Shown: positions 12,052-23,621, counted from the first letter of the stretch. The stretch: DNA of 64,000 bases from an uncultured candidate division Zixibacteria bacterium (GCA_963801605.1 CAWDFP010000006.1:224001-288000), one strand, 5' to 3'. Made by a program: numbers and translations. Notes: generated from the sequence alone by a model not told the origin.

Positions 12052-15000
12052 ATGCCGCAGGAACAATATTCGGGAATAGTGGCCCGTCTACGAGCACTGC
12101 AAGCCAAAATGGCCGGACTCGACGCCGCCCGCGGCCTGGTCCGATGCTTAAGTCTGCTGATTTTGGCGTTTGTGCTTCTGGTGTTGCTGACAAAAATAGT
12201 TTGGCCGTCAAGCACCCTCAGGATTATTATTGATTTGATTATCATACTGGGATTAGCCGCTGCCTTTTATTTTTTCGTGATAAAGCCATATACTCAACGC
12301 CAGGGATTTTTAGCTCTCGCCAGGCTTTTGGAAACAAAGTATGGCAAGTTTCAATCGCGCCTGATCGCCGCCCTTGAGCTTCATGAGACTGCCGTAAAAA
12401 ACCGCGAGGGTTACTCGCTGGAGCTGATCGAAAAGACAATCGATGAAGCCGGCGGTGTGATCGCGGATATCGATATCAATGCGGTTGTAAATTACAGACC
12501 GATACGCCGTTCAATTTCGCGTTTGGCGGTAGCGTTGGTGGTGATATTATCGGTGTCGTTCCTAAATTCCACATCAGCCTATAACGCCTGGATGCTCTTT
12601 ACTCATCCGACAGCAAATTTGGAGAAGCCGCCTGAATTTTCACTTACGATTAAGCCCGACGGCGGTGAGATTTTCAGAAATACTGATTTGGCAGTACAAG
12701 CCAAGGCAGATGGCAGGATTCCTCGTCACGTAGATCTTTACTATAAATTTGAGGATGGCGCCTGGACATCCGAAGCGATGGGGCGAAGCGATAGTATCTC
12801 TCTGGCAACGTTTGCTTATACATTTAAGAAGGTCAAGCGTTCAGTCGATATTTATGCCAAATCGGGCGGAGTGAGCTCGCGCCGAGCGCATCTCGAAATT
12901 GTCGATCCGCCACGGCTGACCGATATCTCCCTAACATTTGATTACCCGCAATATTCGGGTTTACCGCAATCGCATGGCAATCCCAATGATGGCAACGTGG
13001 CTGCCCTGCGCGGGACAAAAATCACAATTACGGCCTCGAGTAATAAGCCTCTTTCGGAATGTTATCAGCTATTTGCCGATTCAGCGCGGGTCCCGCTTGA
13101 AGTCGATGGCGACAAAATCTCCGGCGGATTCGCAGTCAAAGATAACGGGCGATATACGCTTATCATGAAAGACAAGGCGGGTCGGATCAACCCTGAGCCT
13201 ATTTGGTATGATATTCAGGCAATGGACGATTACCCTCCAACTATAACAATCCGTTTTCCCGGAGCCGACATTGATCTCGATGAGCATATTACCCTCCCGC
13301 TTGAACTGGGTATCACGGACGATTATGGATTTGACAAGCTGAACTTGGTTTATTGGATGCAATCGGAAGGGGGCCAGACCGAACCGGTTAAAGAAGCTAT
13401 TAAAATTCCGGATAAACGAACGCTCGATCAGGTAGTTGATTATACATGGAGCCTGCAAAGCCTGAATCCTTTGCCGGGAGATCTTATTTTTTATTATTGC
13501 GAGGTTGCCGATAACGATATAGTCTCCGGCCCCAAATGGGCCAAATCGCGGACTTTCAGCGCTCGGCTGCCCAATCTGGATGAAATTTTGGCCGATGTTC
13601 AGGGGTCGCAAGAACAGCAGATGGAATCGCTCGATCAAGCCCTAAAAAATCAGAAGGACCTTCAAAAGCAGATCGAGGATATCGCCCGCGAGATGCAAAA
13701 AACATCCAATGTAAATTGGGAGAAAAAACAGCAGGCTCAACAGGTTCTCGAAAAACAGCAGGAAGTTGCCAAAAAAATCGAAGAGCTTTCCAAAGACATG
13801 CAAAGCAATCTCGATAAGCTGGAAAACAATAAGCTTGTCGGAGAACAGATTGCGGAAAAGATGCAGCAGTTACAGCAGCTTATGGAAGAAGTTGCACCGC
13901 CGGAATTAAAAGATGCCATGCAAAAGCTGCAGGACGCACTGCAAAAAATGGACCCAGAGGCGCTTAAGAAAGCTCTTCAACAGTTTCAATTGACATCAGA
14001 GCAGCTTCTTGAAAACCTGGAACGCACTATATCCCTGATGCAAAAGCTGGCCATTGAACAGAAGATGGATATGCTGGTGCAGATGGCCGAAAAGATTAAT
14101 GAAGCCCAAAAAGAAATAAACAAAGCTGTCGACGCGGCCAGGGATTCCTCCGAACTAGCCAAACAACAATCGCCGGAAAACATCAACTCATCCGATTGTA
14201 AATCCTTGCAGAAACAGTTTGACGAGCTTCTGAAGATGGACGAAAAAGAGCAGATGGTCCCCAAGAATGAGAAAGCCGACGCAACTGAAAAAGTCAACAA
14301 CCCCGAGATCCAGCAGGATTTCCTTCAGATGAATCCCAGCCTGTGCAGCGGCGGGAAACCAAGCAGCCAGAAAACCGGTAAAAAACTACAAAGCGAACTC
14401 TCTGATATGGCTGATGCCCTGAAGAAAGCGCAACAAGCAATGCAGAATGAGCAGAAGATGGAGATCGCCAAGAAAATGCAAAAAGCCGCCGAAGACCTGC
14501 TCTATCTTTCGGGACGTCAGGAAAATCTGCTTGATTCCACCAAGACCAATTTGACAACAGGCGATGGCCTGCGCCGGATGGCCTCAAATCAGATGCAGAT
14601 CGCCAATGCTTCAGCGCGGATCGCAGATAATATCTCGGAGCTTTCCAAAGAAAGTATCTTTATTAATATGGCCTTGATGAATCTTCTGGGATCATCCCTT
14701 TCAAATATGAATATTGCCACCGATCAGCTCGATAAACGCTTTGCGCCTGGGGCGATCCAAAACGAACAACTGGCCATGTCGAATCTTAACAAAACAGTTT
14801 ATCTCCTTCTTGACGCCCGCAATAACGCCATGAACTCCGGGTCCGGTTCGGGAATGCAGGAGATGATGCAGCAGATGCAGAAAATGTCGGAAATGCAGGC
14901 CGGAATTAACGGCCAGACCATGATGCAAATGCCGCAGCCGGGAATGTCGATGAACTTCGGCCAGCAACAGGCTATGGGGCAATTGGCCGCCCAGCAGGAA

Positions 15001-15408
15001 GCGCTTCGCCAGCAGCTTCAGGAGATGAACGATCAATTCGGAAAACAAGGCGATATGTTAGGAAGACTCGACCAGCTTGGCGAAGAAATGAAAAAAGTTG
15101 TTGACGATATGCAAAGATCGAAAGTCAATCAGGAAACGATAAAGCGTCAAGAGGGAATCTTAACCAGGCTTCTTGATGCTCAGAAGTCTGTCAACCGCCG
15201 CGACTATTCCAAAAAACGCCAGGCGGAAACCGGAGAGGATATCGTCAGAAAAAGCCCCTTATTGCCGGATGAACTGGCCAAAGGTCAGGGAGAGCTTTCG
15301 GAAATGATTAAGAAAGCGCTCGAAGAACAGTATCCCAGACAATATGATAAACTGATCAAAGCTTATTTCAAATCATTCCAAAACCAGGAAGTCCAGAATG
15401 AAAAATAA
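12052..15408 (+). CDS. DUF4175-like membrane protein with Ig-like domains and a long Q/E/K-rich coiled coil
   Basis: Three N-terminal TM segments, DxPPxI Ig-like repeats, DDYG and PGDxxxYYxEVxDND motifs, coiled coil, C-terminal YxxLIKAYF. Confidence 0.75.
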   Translation: MPQEQYSGIVARLRALQAKMAGLDAARGLVRCLSLLILAFVLLVLLTKIVWPSSTLRIIIDLIIILGLAAAFYFFVIKPYTQRQGFLALARLLETKYGKFQSRLIAALELHETAVKNREGYSLELIEKTIDEAGGVIADIDINAVVNYRPIRRSISRLAVALVVILSVSFLNSTSAYNAWMLFTHPTANLEKPPEFSLTIKPDGGEIFRNTDLAVQAKADGRIPRHVDLYYKFEDGAWTSEAMGRSDSISLATFAYTFKKVKRSVDIYAKSGGVSSRRAHLEIVDPPRLTDISLTFDYPQYSGLPQSHGNPNDGNVAALRGTKITITASSNKPLSECYQLFADSARVPLEVDGDKISGGFAVKDNGRYTLIMKDKAGRINPEPIWYDIQAMDDYPPTITIRFPGADIDLDEHITLPLELGITDDYGFDKLNLVYWMQSEGGQTEPVKEAIKIPDKRTLDQVVDYTWSLQSLNPLPGDLIFYYCEVADNDIVSGPKWAKSRTFSARLPNLDEILADVQGSQEQQMESLDQALKNQKDLQKQIEDIAREMQKTSNVNWEKKQQAQQVLEKQQEVAKKIEELSKDMQSNLDKLENNKLVGEQIAEKMQQLQQLMEEVAPPELKDAMQKLQDALQKMDPEALKKALQQFQLTSEQLLENLERTISLMQKLAIEQKMDMLVQMAEKINEAQKEINKAVDAARDSSELAKQQSPENINSSDCKSLQKQFDELLKMDEKEQMVPKNEKADATEKVNNPEIQQDFLQMNPSLCSGGKPSSQKTGKKLQSELSDMADALKKAQQAMQNEQKMEIAKKMQKAAEDLLYLSGRQENLLDSTKTNLTTGDGLRRMASNQMQIANASARIADNISELSKESIFINMALMNLLGSSLSNMNIATDQLDKRFAPGAIQNEQLAMSNLNKTVYLLLDARNNAMNSGSGSGMQEMMQQMQKMSEMQAGINGQTMMQMPQPGMSMNFGQQQAMGQLAAQQEALRQQLQEMNDQFGKQGDMLGRLDQLGEEMKKVVDDMQRSKVNQETIKRQEGILTRLLDAQKSVNRRDYSKKRQAETGEDIVRKSPLLPDELAKGQGELSEMIKKALEEQYPRQYDKLIKAYFKSFQNQEVQNEK

Positions 15409-17224
15409 AGCGTTTTTCATTCTGGCTTTATTGGCTTTGGCAACGCTGTCTATATCAAGCGTAAATGCCCAGATCCTGCCCAAAATCAGCCCCGACGGCG
15501 ATAAGCTAAATGACGATTTGTCGGCCGTTTCGAGTCTCCTGAGAATGGGCGAGATGGCGCGGGCTATCGCGCTTCTCGATCACCTAAAAACCGATTACGG
15601 TGATGATACCCGAATCAGGGCATATTATAAATTAGCTTATAAGGAAAATAAACAATACCCGGAACTCGAGAAAATAATAAGAGATGACTTATCCCGTGAT
15701 CCTCAAAACCCGTACCTGATTACCGAACTTGGCGAGGCCAGATTCCTTCAAAACGATCAAACCGGGGCGGATTCACTTTGGAATCTAGCTTTGAAAGTCG
15801 GGCGCCTCGATGAAAATACTTACCGGCTTGTAGCTGATAATATGATGCGTTATGGTTTGTATGAATCGGCAATTGATATCTTTCAAAAGGGAAGACAAAG
15901 TTTAAGCCGTCCCACGGCATTTGCGCCGGAACTTGCTAATCTTTATGAAACTCAAAGAGATTATCCAAAGGCGATCGGGGAATATATTACCCAGGTGCTT
16001 TTTGATCCGTCTCAAATCGGTATCGTCACCCTAAAAATCAGGGGATATCTTGAGGATACCGATAATCCCGGGCAAATTATCGATGCGGTTTCAGCCAAAA
16101 TCAAGGAAACCCCCAACCATACCGAGTTATATGAAATCCTGGGGGATCTTTATATCAAGCAAAATGAAATGGATAAAGCCCTGGAATGCTATCGAACTAT
16201 CAGCGCCAAACAGAATGACGATGGTCAGGCGCTTGTCAAGTTTGCCGCTCGCGCTTATGATTCCAAGGTATATGGCACTGCAATCAGCGCGGCGGACGAT
16301 TATCTTAGGGTCACTCAAAAAGGCTCATATAAAGAATTAGCTCTTTCGATAAAGGCTAAATCTCAATTAAAAGCGGGCCTGGTAGATCAAGCCCTGGCCG
16401 GATTCGAATCTTTAACGAAAGCGTCGGATTTTCATATCAGGGATGACGCCGGTTATATGCGTGGCCTGATTTATGCTCAAAATAAAAACGACTGCGATTC
16501 GGCCCTGGCGATCTGGAATAACATACAGCAAAACGCCCAGGATATAAGTCTACAGGGCCGGGCCTGGCTCGAAATGGCGGTTTGTTATCTCAAGAAGGAC
16601 GACCTTCTTGCCGGCGAAAACCTCCTTAAGCAAGTTGTCTCGGGCAAGTTGCCTGATAGCAGTATGGAAAAGGCGGCGTTTTTATTAAGCGAGATGACGT
16701 TCTATAGAGGTAATTTCAAAGACGCCGGCGAGGAGTTCAAGGCGCTTATCAGGCAGTACCCCCAAGGCGATCATGCTAACGATGCCTTGATTAGGATTGA
16801 CGTCATCTCTTTAAGCGGGGAGGATTCGACTAACCAAAGCTTTCTTTCCAAATTCGCTTTGGCTATGAAAGCTCAGCTTTTTGGAAAACCGCTGGAAACT
16901 GCGGCTATTCTTTCTGATACTATTTTTGAAAATTCGCCGATTGCCGAGCAAGCCGCGTTTTATGCTGCGAATGCATTTGCCAATGCAGGAATACGGCAAA
17001 ACGCTATTGATGCTTTTAAGGGATATATAGAAAAATTCCCCGACGGGCTTTATATCGATCGCGCTTATTTAGGATTAGGCGATCTTTACATGCAGGACGC
17101 AGCCACATACGGCAGCGCCAAGGCTGCTTATGATAAAATATTAGAGTCTTTTCCCAATGGACCGGCTACAGAGCTTGCCAGACAACGGTTACTGCAACTT
17201 ACCGCCCCGGGGAAAATCGGTTAG
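15398..17224 (+). CDS. Exported TPR-repeat protein (BamD/CpoB-like C-terminal TPRs)
   Basis: Signal peptide; TPR patterns; LIRQYPQG, IEKFPDG and ILESFPNG caps; start overlaps the upstream stop. Confidence 0.8.
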   Translation: MKNKAFFILALLALATLSISSVNAQILPKISPDGDKLNDDLSAVSSLLRMGEMARAIALLDHLKTDYGDDTRIRAYYKLAYKENKQYPELEKIIRDDLSRDPQNPYLITELGEARFLQNDQTGADSLWNLALKVGRLDENTYRLVADNMMRYGLYESAIDIFQKGRQSLSRPTAFAPELANLYETQRDYPKAIGEYITQVLFDPSQIGIVTLKIRGYLEDTDNPGQIIDAVSAKIKETPNHTELYEILGDLYIKQNEMDKALECYRTISAKQNDDGQALVKFAARAYDSKVYGTAISAADDYLRVTQKGSYKELALSIKAKSQLKAGLVDQALAGFESLTKASDFHIRDDAGYMRGLIYAQNKNDCDSALAIWNNIQQNAQDISLQGRAWLEMAVCYLKKDDLLAGENLLKQVVSGKLPDSSMEKAAFLLSEMTFYRGNFKDAGEEFKALIRQYPQGDHANDALIRIDVISLSGEDSTNQSFLSKFALAMKAQLFGKPLETAAILSDTIFENSPIAEQAAFYAANAFANAGIRQNAIDAFKGYIEKFPDGLYIDRAYLGLGDLYMQDAATYGSAKAAYDKILESFPNGPATELARQRLLQLTAPGKIG

Positions 17225-17493
17225 TGAGCAGATTCTTTCTCGGCAGGCTTACGCTGCTGGGCCGCAGTACTGGCCTTAAATCGGGTAAGCTCTTCCTCAA
17301 GATCGGTAACTTTGGCAATAAGGCCTTCGACTCTTTTAATTTTCATTTTCATACTGGTCCGAACCAGAAGGCCAAGTGAAATGAGCATGAAAATAACGGA
17401 ATCGACCCGGCGGAAAATTTCGCCATAGCCAAAGAAGGTATCCAGAAAGGCTAGAACCCCGAGGATAAATAGAATAACGCACCATGCCAACAT
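17221..17493 (-). CDS. Small membrane protein (2 TM + coiled-coil tail), hypothetical
   Basis: SD GGAGG before the ATG; two hydrophobic helices followed by a heptad-like tail. Confidence 0.7.
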   Translation of the reverse strand: MLAWCVILFILGVLAFLDTFFGYGEIFRRVDSVIFMLISLGLLVRTSMKMKIKRVEGLIAKVTDLEEELTRFKASTAAQQRKPAEKESAH

Positions 17494-17569
17494 ATTTCCT
17501 CCAAATTAAATTGACTCCTATTATGATGTCGACAGGCGGGGAACCTTTCTTAAGCCGGAGAATTAAAAA

Positions 17570-17598
17570 TTGACAAAACTGTGCTCGGTGACTATGTT
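17570..17598 (+). promoter_or_regulatory. Putative sigma70 promoter of the DUF2723 gene
   Basis: TTGACA-N17-TATGTT, followed by AAGGAGG and the ATG at 17625. Confidence 0.55.
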
Positions 17599-17624
17599 GA
17601 GTGGTTTGATATTTAAGGAGGCGC

Positions 17625-20330
17625 ATGAATAATCAATTTAGCAGCAATGATAAGATTTTAAGGAATGTGGGAATCCTTATTGGGGCACTTAGCTTTATTA
17701 TTCCTTTTATAATTTATTTTAAAACCATGGCCGCCACGCTGTCGTTTTGGGATTGCGGCGAATTTATCGCTTGCGCCAAAACATTAGGCGTCCCTCATCC
17801 GCCCGGCACTCCTTTCTTCGTTATACTTGGCAGATTATTTATCATGCTGAACATGTTTTCAAATATTGCCCAGCGAACCAATTTTATGTCGGTTCTAAGT
17901 TCGGCTCTCACGGTTTGGGTATGCTATTTAATAGTAGTTCGCGTTTCGCAACGATTGCCTTTTGTCTCCAGCGGCCCGGCTTTATTGGGTCAAATAGGCA
18001 TCAGGATCGGAGCGCTTTCATCAGCACTTTTGTTGACTTTCTCCAGCACATATTGGTTCAGCGCCGTTGAAACTGAGGTGTATGGCGTTACAATGATAGT
18101 CATGATGCTGATCGTATATTTGACTATCAGATGGGCAGATGAGAAGGAAAAAGGCGGAAATGACAGGTTATTAGTCCTTATCGCATATTTACTATTCCTT
18201 TCGGTCGGTATTCACCTGACAGTCTTCTTGCTCACGCCGGCATTGTTCCTGTTTTTTATAATTGTCGATAAAGAGAAGCTTAAAGATCCGTTATTCTGGG
18301 CTACCTGGGCAATTTTCTTCTCGCTGGCCGTACCAGTCTATTTTATGATCGGCATGGTGATTTCCTGGGTGGACGATAAATCCTACTGGATCTGGGTAGC
18401 CTTAATGATTCTCGGAACCATCTTTACCGGATATATGGCTAATCGTCAAAGAGTTAGCGGGCGTCATGGCAGAGCTAATTATTCGCTGGCATTTGCCCTT
18501 TTTATAGCCGGCGTGGTTGGCTATTCGACTCACCTGTATATTCCCATCAGAGCGGCGCAGCATCCCTCGATAAACGAAAATGACCCCACAAATTTCAGCC
18601 GTTTTGAATCTTATGTTGAACGTAAACAATACGGTCAGGAATCGATGATCACGCGGATGCTTTACCGGCGCGCATCCTTATCGCACCAGTTTGGACGATA
18701 CCAAAACATGGGATTTGGCGGGTATTTCTGGGGTCAATACACTTCTATCAACTGGACCGGGCAAACGGACGATACAAAGGGCCTTGCTTTGGCAACCACT
18801 ATTAATTTGGCAATTTTCGCCTTTGGCATCCTCGGTACAATGGTAGGACTCTATTATGCCCTTAAGAAATACCGAGCGCATCCCATGTTACTTCTGTTTA
18901 TGATATTTATTATCAGTTCGCTGTTGTTAATTTTGTACCTTAATTTTTCCGATGGCACCAAGCCCGACCCCAACAATCCGGGAGAATTGATACCGCTGGA
19001 GGTCAGAGAAAGAGATTATTTCTACACTCCGGCGTTTGTAGTATTTGCGACCATGATCGGGGTGGGTATGGCGGCAGTTATGTACTTTTTGGGAGAAAAA
19101 CTGAAATATACCCATGATCAGCGCAATAATTTATTCAGATATATTGGATTTGGTGTAGCCAGCGTTCTTTTACTTGTTATGCCGTTGAATGCGGGTTTCG
19201 CCAATTATCATACCCATGATCGTTCCGAGGACTTTGCGCCCGCCGATTATGCCTGGAACATACTGCAATCGTGTAAACCCAATTCGATCATTTTTACCAA
19301 CGGCGACAACGATACCTTTCCTCTTTGGTATCTGCAGGAAGTCGAGAATGTTCGTAAGGATGTTCGGGTGGTGAATCTGAGTCTTCTTAATACCGATTGG
19401 TATATTCTTCAGCTCAAGCACCAGATGGGCATTAAGATGAATTTAGATGACGACCAGATATCCTGGATACCCGCTGCCAGACGAGGCTCGATCATTTACT
19501 ATAGGCCGGCCAAGAAGTTTAATGATACCATCAGAAAACAAATGCGCTATCTCACCGCCGAACAGGACCCGCGGACCGGCCAGATTATCAGGGTACAGGA
19601 TCAAATGATCGAACAGATAGCGATTTCCAATATTAACGATGTCCCGATTTATTTCTCGAGTTCGGTGCCAACATCCAACCGTTGGACTCTCGACAGCCGC
19701 CTTATTCGCATGGGAATCGTCATGCAGGTCGACCCGGATACAAGCAAACCACGTCTCGATTTGCCGGTGGCCGATTCATTGGTGACCAAGGTATATCATT
19801 ATCGAGAGCTTGACGATATCCATAGCTATAAAGATGAGAATAATGTCGGTTTGACGACGACCTTCCCGGAAAGATTCTCCGAGCTTGCCGATGCATACAA
19901 AGCCAAAGGCGATACAGCCATGGCTATAAGCCGTCTCTGGATGGGCATTAAGCTGATTCCTTACTACCATCAGAACTATATGGATCTAGAGGATACGTAT
20001 AATCAGATGGGCAATAAGGCTATGGCAGATTCGGTCAAATCGCTGGGCATTAAAAACCTGAAAGCCGTATGCGAAGAGTGGCCGGATATTATATTGTACC
20101 ATCAATTCCTGGGAGTATTTTATTATCATAATAATATGCTACCAGAAGCTCTGGAAAAATATCGGATCGCGTATGGGCTTCAACCCGATAACGCCATAGC
20201 TTTCAGGCTTTATCGCGACCTGACAGCCCGTATGGGAAACATGCAAATGGCCCAAGCTTTGATGGTCGATTGGACAAGACGTCATCCGGAAGATTTGGAA
20301 ATTCAAAATCAGTTAAACAGGATGAGATAA
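17625..20330 (+). CDS. DUF2723 polytopic membrane protein (TMEM260-like GT-C glycosyltransferase) with C-terminal TPR
   Basis: SFWDCGEFIA, LGVPHPPGTP, FSAVETEVY, EVRERDYFY, IFTNGDNDTFPLWYLQEVE and NLSLLNTDWY motifs. Confidence 0.85.
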   Translation: MNNQFSSNDKILRNVGILIGALSFIIPFIIYFKTMAATLSFWDCGEFIACAKTLGVPHPPGTPFFVILGRLFIMLNMFSNIAQRTNFMSVLSSALTVWVCYLIVVRVSQRLPFVSSGPALLGQIGIRIGALSSALLLTFSSTYWFSAVETEVYGVTMIVMMLIVYLTIRWADEKEKGGNDRLLVLIAYLLFLSVGIHLTVFLLTPALFLFFIIVDKEKLKDPLFWATWAIFFSLAVPVYFMIGMVISWVDDKSYWIWVALMILGTIFTGYMANRQRVSGRHGRANYSLAFALFIAGVVGYSTHLYIPIRAAQHPSINENDPTNFSRFESYVERKQYGQESMITRMLYRRASLSHQFGRYQNMGFGGYFWGQYTSINWTGQTDDTKGLALATTINLAIFAFGILGTMVGLYYALKKYRAHPMLLLFMIFIISSLLLILYLNFSDGTKPDPNNPGELIPLEVRERDYFYTPAFVVFATMIGVGMAAVMYFLGEKLKYTHDQRNNLFRYIGFGVASVLLLVMPLNAGFANYHTHDRSEDFAPADYAWNILQSCKPNSIIFTNGDNDTFPLWYLQEVENVRKDVRVVNLSLLNTDWYILQLKHQMGIKMNLDDDQISWIPAARRGSIIYYRPAKKFNDTIRKQMRYLTAEQDPRTGQIIRVQDQMIEQIAISNINDVPIYFSSSVPTSNRWTLDSRLIRMGIVMQVDPDTSKPRLDLPVADSLVTKVYHYRELDDIHSYKDENNVGLTTTFPERFSELADAYKAKGDTAMAISRLWMGIKLIPYYHQNYMDLEDTYNQMGNKAMADSVKSLGIKNLKAVCEEWPDIILYHQFLGVFYYHNNMLPEALEKYRIAYGLQPDNAIAFRLYRDLTARMGNMQMAQALMVDWTRRHPEDLEIQNQLNRMR

Positions 20331-20364
20331 TAGAATTTCAATTTAGAGATCATAGATTCTTCTG

Positions 20365-20399
20365 GCGGTCGGGTTACTATTAGCCCGACCGCTTTCTTT
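20365..20399 (+). terminator. Rho-independent terminator
   Basis: GCGGTCGGGTTA-CTAT-TAGCCCGACCGC followed by TTTCTTT. Confidence 0.75.
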
Positions 20400-20544
20400 A
20401 GCGGCCAAATTTTTGATATCAATCATTGCCGAAAATAAACCATATCGACATGCAAAATTAAAATTCGTTCAGGACTGGAACCAAAATTGATAATCAAAAA
20501 CAAAAAAATTGACAATGAGAGCCAGCCGCTCCTAAGAATGATTT

Positions 20545-20970
20545 ATGGAAATTGATGTTAATCAGACCCTGCTAATTGTGGTAGGCATGGATATCGAGCC
20601 GGAGGAAGCCGACAGGCCGTTAGCCTATACGCTTAAAAAAGCGATTGAATCATCAACTTACTTTGGCGGCCATCCCTTTAGAAAATGCCTGGTAATATCT
20701 GATGCTTTATACGAGCACGACAAATTGATTCAGGTTTGCCCAACAATTGTCATTGGCGGACCGGGGGTTAATTTGGTGGCGGGAACGATGGTGGAAAAGC
20801 TTCCCGTTTATCTATCAAAGGACAATCGATACTTCATTCAGCTCGATAAGGATTTTACCGATCAGAAAATATCTATCTGGGGCCTGGACAGAGACTCAAC
20901 ATCAGAGGCCATTGATATGTTTATTGCCAACGGGATATTGGATGATTTCCTTAAGACGATTTGGGGATAA
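20545..20970 (+). CDS. Hypothetical protein
   Basis: 141-aa alpha/beta-looking ORF with IVIGGPGVN; fills the gap between convergent genes. Confidence 0.7.
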   Translation: MEIDVNQTLLIVVGMDIEPEEADRPLAYTLKKAIESSTYFGGHPFRKCLVISDALYEHDKLIQVCPTIVIGGPGVNLVAGTMVEKLPVYLSKDNRYFIQLDKDFTDQKISIWGLDRDSTSEAIDMFIANGILDDFLKTIWG

Positions 20971-21010
20971 GTCAGGGTGCCATAAAGGACTCTTGTTGCC
21001 CGGCAAATCA

Positions 21011-23621
21011 TCACCAGCTATAGCCGATATCAAGATAAAATAGATCGAGCCCCGTGCTGGTTCGTCCATACCAGGTTTCAACCGGCCCGATGGGGGTTTT
21101 AAGGCCGATTCCCACTCCACCTCCGTGAATAATCTTTGAGAGGCGAACTCTTTCGAGATTATCCCAGATATTTCCGGCATTGTAGCGGGCCAGAACAAAG
21201 AAGCGGTCTCCAATTTTTTGCCGAAGCTCCAGCGAACCAACCACCAGCTTATCTCCCAGAACCTCATCCTGATAAAGCCCCAGAAAACTCTCCTGCCCTC
21301 CCAATGAGAACTCATCAAAAAACGGCATAAAATCGCTGGAAGCTCCCAGCGATATTTTGGGATGGAAGTTCAGCCTTTTGGTAATTTTATAATAGGCCTC
21401 AAGCGTTGTCTCAAAACGAGTATAGGCGGTTTTATCGTTACGCAGGTCGCTGGCAATTTGCAGGTTGAAATAATGATATTTCCCCGTTTGGGGAAAGCTG
21501 ATGGCATCACGGGTATCCACTATCGATTCAAACCCGACGCTCAGCTTGGTGAATTTCCCCCGTACGATCTTTCCCGGCTCGTCCCAATCGATCTGGCGCA
21601 ACTGTCCCACAATAGAAATCATTCCAAGCTGCGGAAATTGCCGTCCCGGAGCCATTTTGATTCCATAAGAGTTCTGCTTGGAGTAGCCGTCATATTTATG
21701 TGCTACATATCTGTTGCGCTTGAATTCGGTATAGTCAACTGAGAATGAATTGGTAAAAAGGGTTTGGAGAATTCTATCGGATCGGAAATTCGCCGAAATC
21801 GATCTTTTTTTCTCGCCAATATTGGCCGAAAGGTAAGCCTCCTGCCCGCCGCCAATAATATTATCAGCTACAAAATCAACAAAAGCCTGGGCGTTATATT
21901 CGAGATCATATCGAGCACCGCCGCGAATAAAGTTATAGGGCTTCTCCCTTACCTTGAGCTCCAGGGTGATACCGGTTGTATCGGGGACAGCCACCATCTT
22001 GACAGTTTCGAAAAGGCCGGTTCCGTAAAGCTCGTCAACCATTTTTTCACCCTTGCTCTGACGAAAAACATCGCCGGGCTTAAAATGCAAATGACGGCTA
22101 ATAACCCAGTTTCTGGTTTTCTCATTTCCCTCGATAACAATGCGGTTGATCTGACCTTCGTCTATCTTAAATGCAAGAACGCCCGCTAAGGAGTCGAACA
22201 CCGGATTAACTCTGACGAGAGTAAAATCTGATTTAAGATAGTGATCCTCAATAGCCCTTTTGTCGCTTTCCAATTTATTGGTATTGAGAACTGCTCCGGG
22301 TCGGCTGGTTACAAGACCATAAAGCTGATCTGGTGTAAAGGTATGAGCGCCCATAAAGGAAACGGATTTAATCCTGGGATAATCCCGTAAATGATAATTG
22401 AGCACGGCGCCGGATGAATCGGATTCTATCTCGGCCCAGGCGCTTTGAAGGTAGCCTGACGCGCAGGCCTTTTCGAGATTTGATTTAATCTCGTCCTGCG
22501 ATAGCCTCGCTGAATCGGTAAACGTGGCATCGAAAAATGTCTTGGGCAATGATGTAAGATCGTAAATGCCTGTTTTGGAGATATTATAAAAAGGTTCGTT
22601 AATTTGAACAACGCTTTTACTCGTAAGAAGCTCTTTTATGGCGGGAATGGCGGCCTCGGCCGTTCGTTCTCCGATTGTTATCAAGCTGTCGATATGCGCA
22701 AAATCCGTGGCGGCGTAGCCTCGAAGATCCGGAGCAATAGATAGATCGGCCATGGCAAGCGAGACGCGCTTCTTGTCCATCGCCATGATCGTTGTCGTCT
22801 GATCGGCGATACCGACAATATCATTGATTTGCGTTTGAGGCAGCAGATCTGACGAGACATTGATCGCAACCACCGGATGTCCTCCGGTCTCGATAGCGAT
22901 ATCGACAGGAATTGGATCAACCAGGCCGCCATCAACTAATAATCGTCCGCTGATTTCGGCCGGCGTAAAGGCAACCGGTACCGCCATACTGGCGCGAAGA
23001 GCCTCGCTGAGGCTTCCAGATGACAGAACCACTTTCTCCCCCGTCAGAAGATCAGTGCAGACTCACGCGCAAGGGGGGATTTAGATAATCAAAACTTATG
23101 CTGGAACGGATACCTCCGCGCGCAGTTAACCTTTCTAAAAGCTGGCTTAGTTTTTGAGCGGATGTAATCGCTTGCGGAATGACCGGTTTCCAGTTCTGAA
23201 AGCGAAGGTTGAAGAGGCTTTTTTCCGCCTGGCCCTTTTGAGTGGTAAGCAAAGTTTTCCTTGTTGGGCTGGGAGATAGAATTTCTCCCCAATTTACCTG
23301 ATAGGCGATTTGTTCAATCTCCTCCGGCGAGTAACCGCAGGCATATAAGCCGGTAACAATGCTGCCTATAGAGACACCCGCTACGCATTTTATTCTGATA
23401 TGCTCCCGTTCCAGTACTTTCAAAATGCCGATTACCGCCAATCCGCGGGCGCCGCCGCCAGAGACTGCCAGACTAATGCCCGGACTGGAGGAATAAACCT
23501 GATGCGATTCCGCTGGACTGGAATCGGGTTTTATGATTATCTTGCCGGTAGTGTAATTTTCGGCAATAGCCACCGAGGCCAGGCAGATAGATATAGAAAC
23601 GGCCCAAAATGCTCGCATCAT
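21011..23621 (-). CDS. Patatin-like phospholipase fused to POTRA domains and an Omp85/BamA-type barrel (PlpD/type Vd-like); +1 frameshift at ~23063
   Basis: SGGGARG, GVSIG (GxSxG) and DGG motifs are split over ORFs 23052..23621 and 21011..23032; removing one base gives RVVCTDLLTGEKVVL. POTRA motif IEGNEKTR; ends ...YLDIGYSW. Confidence 0.85.
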
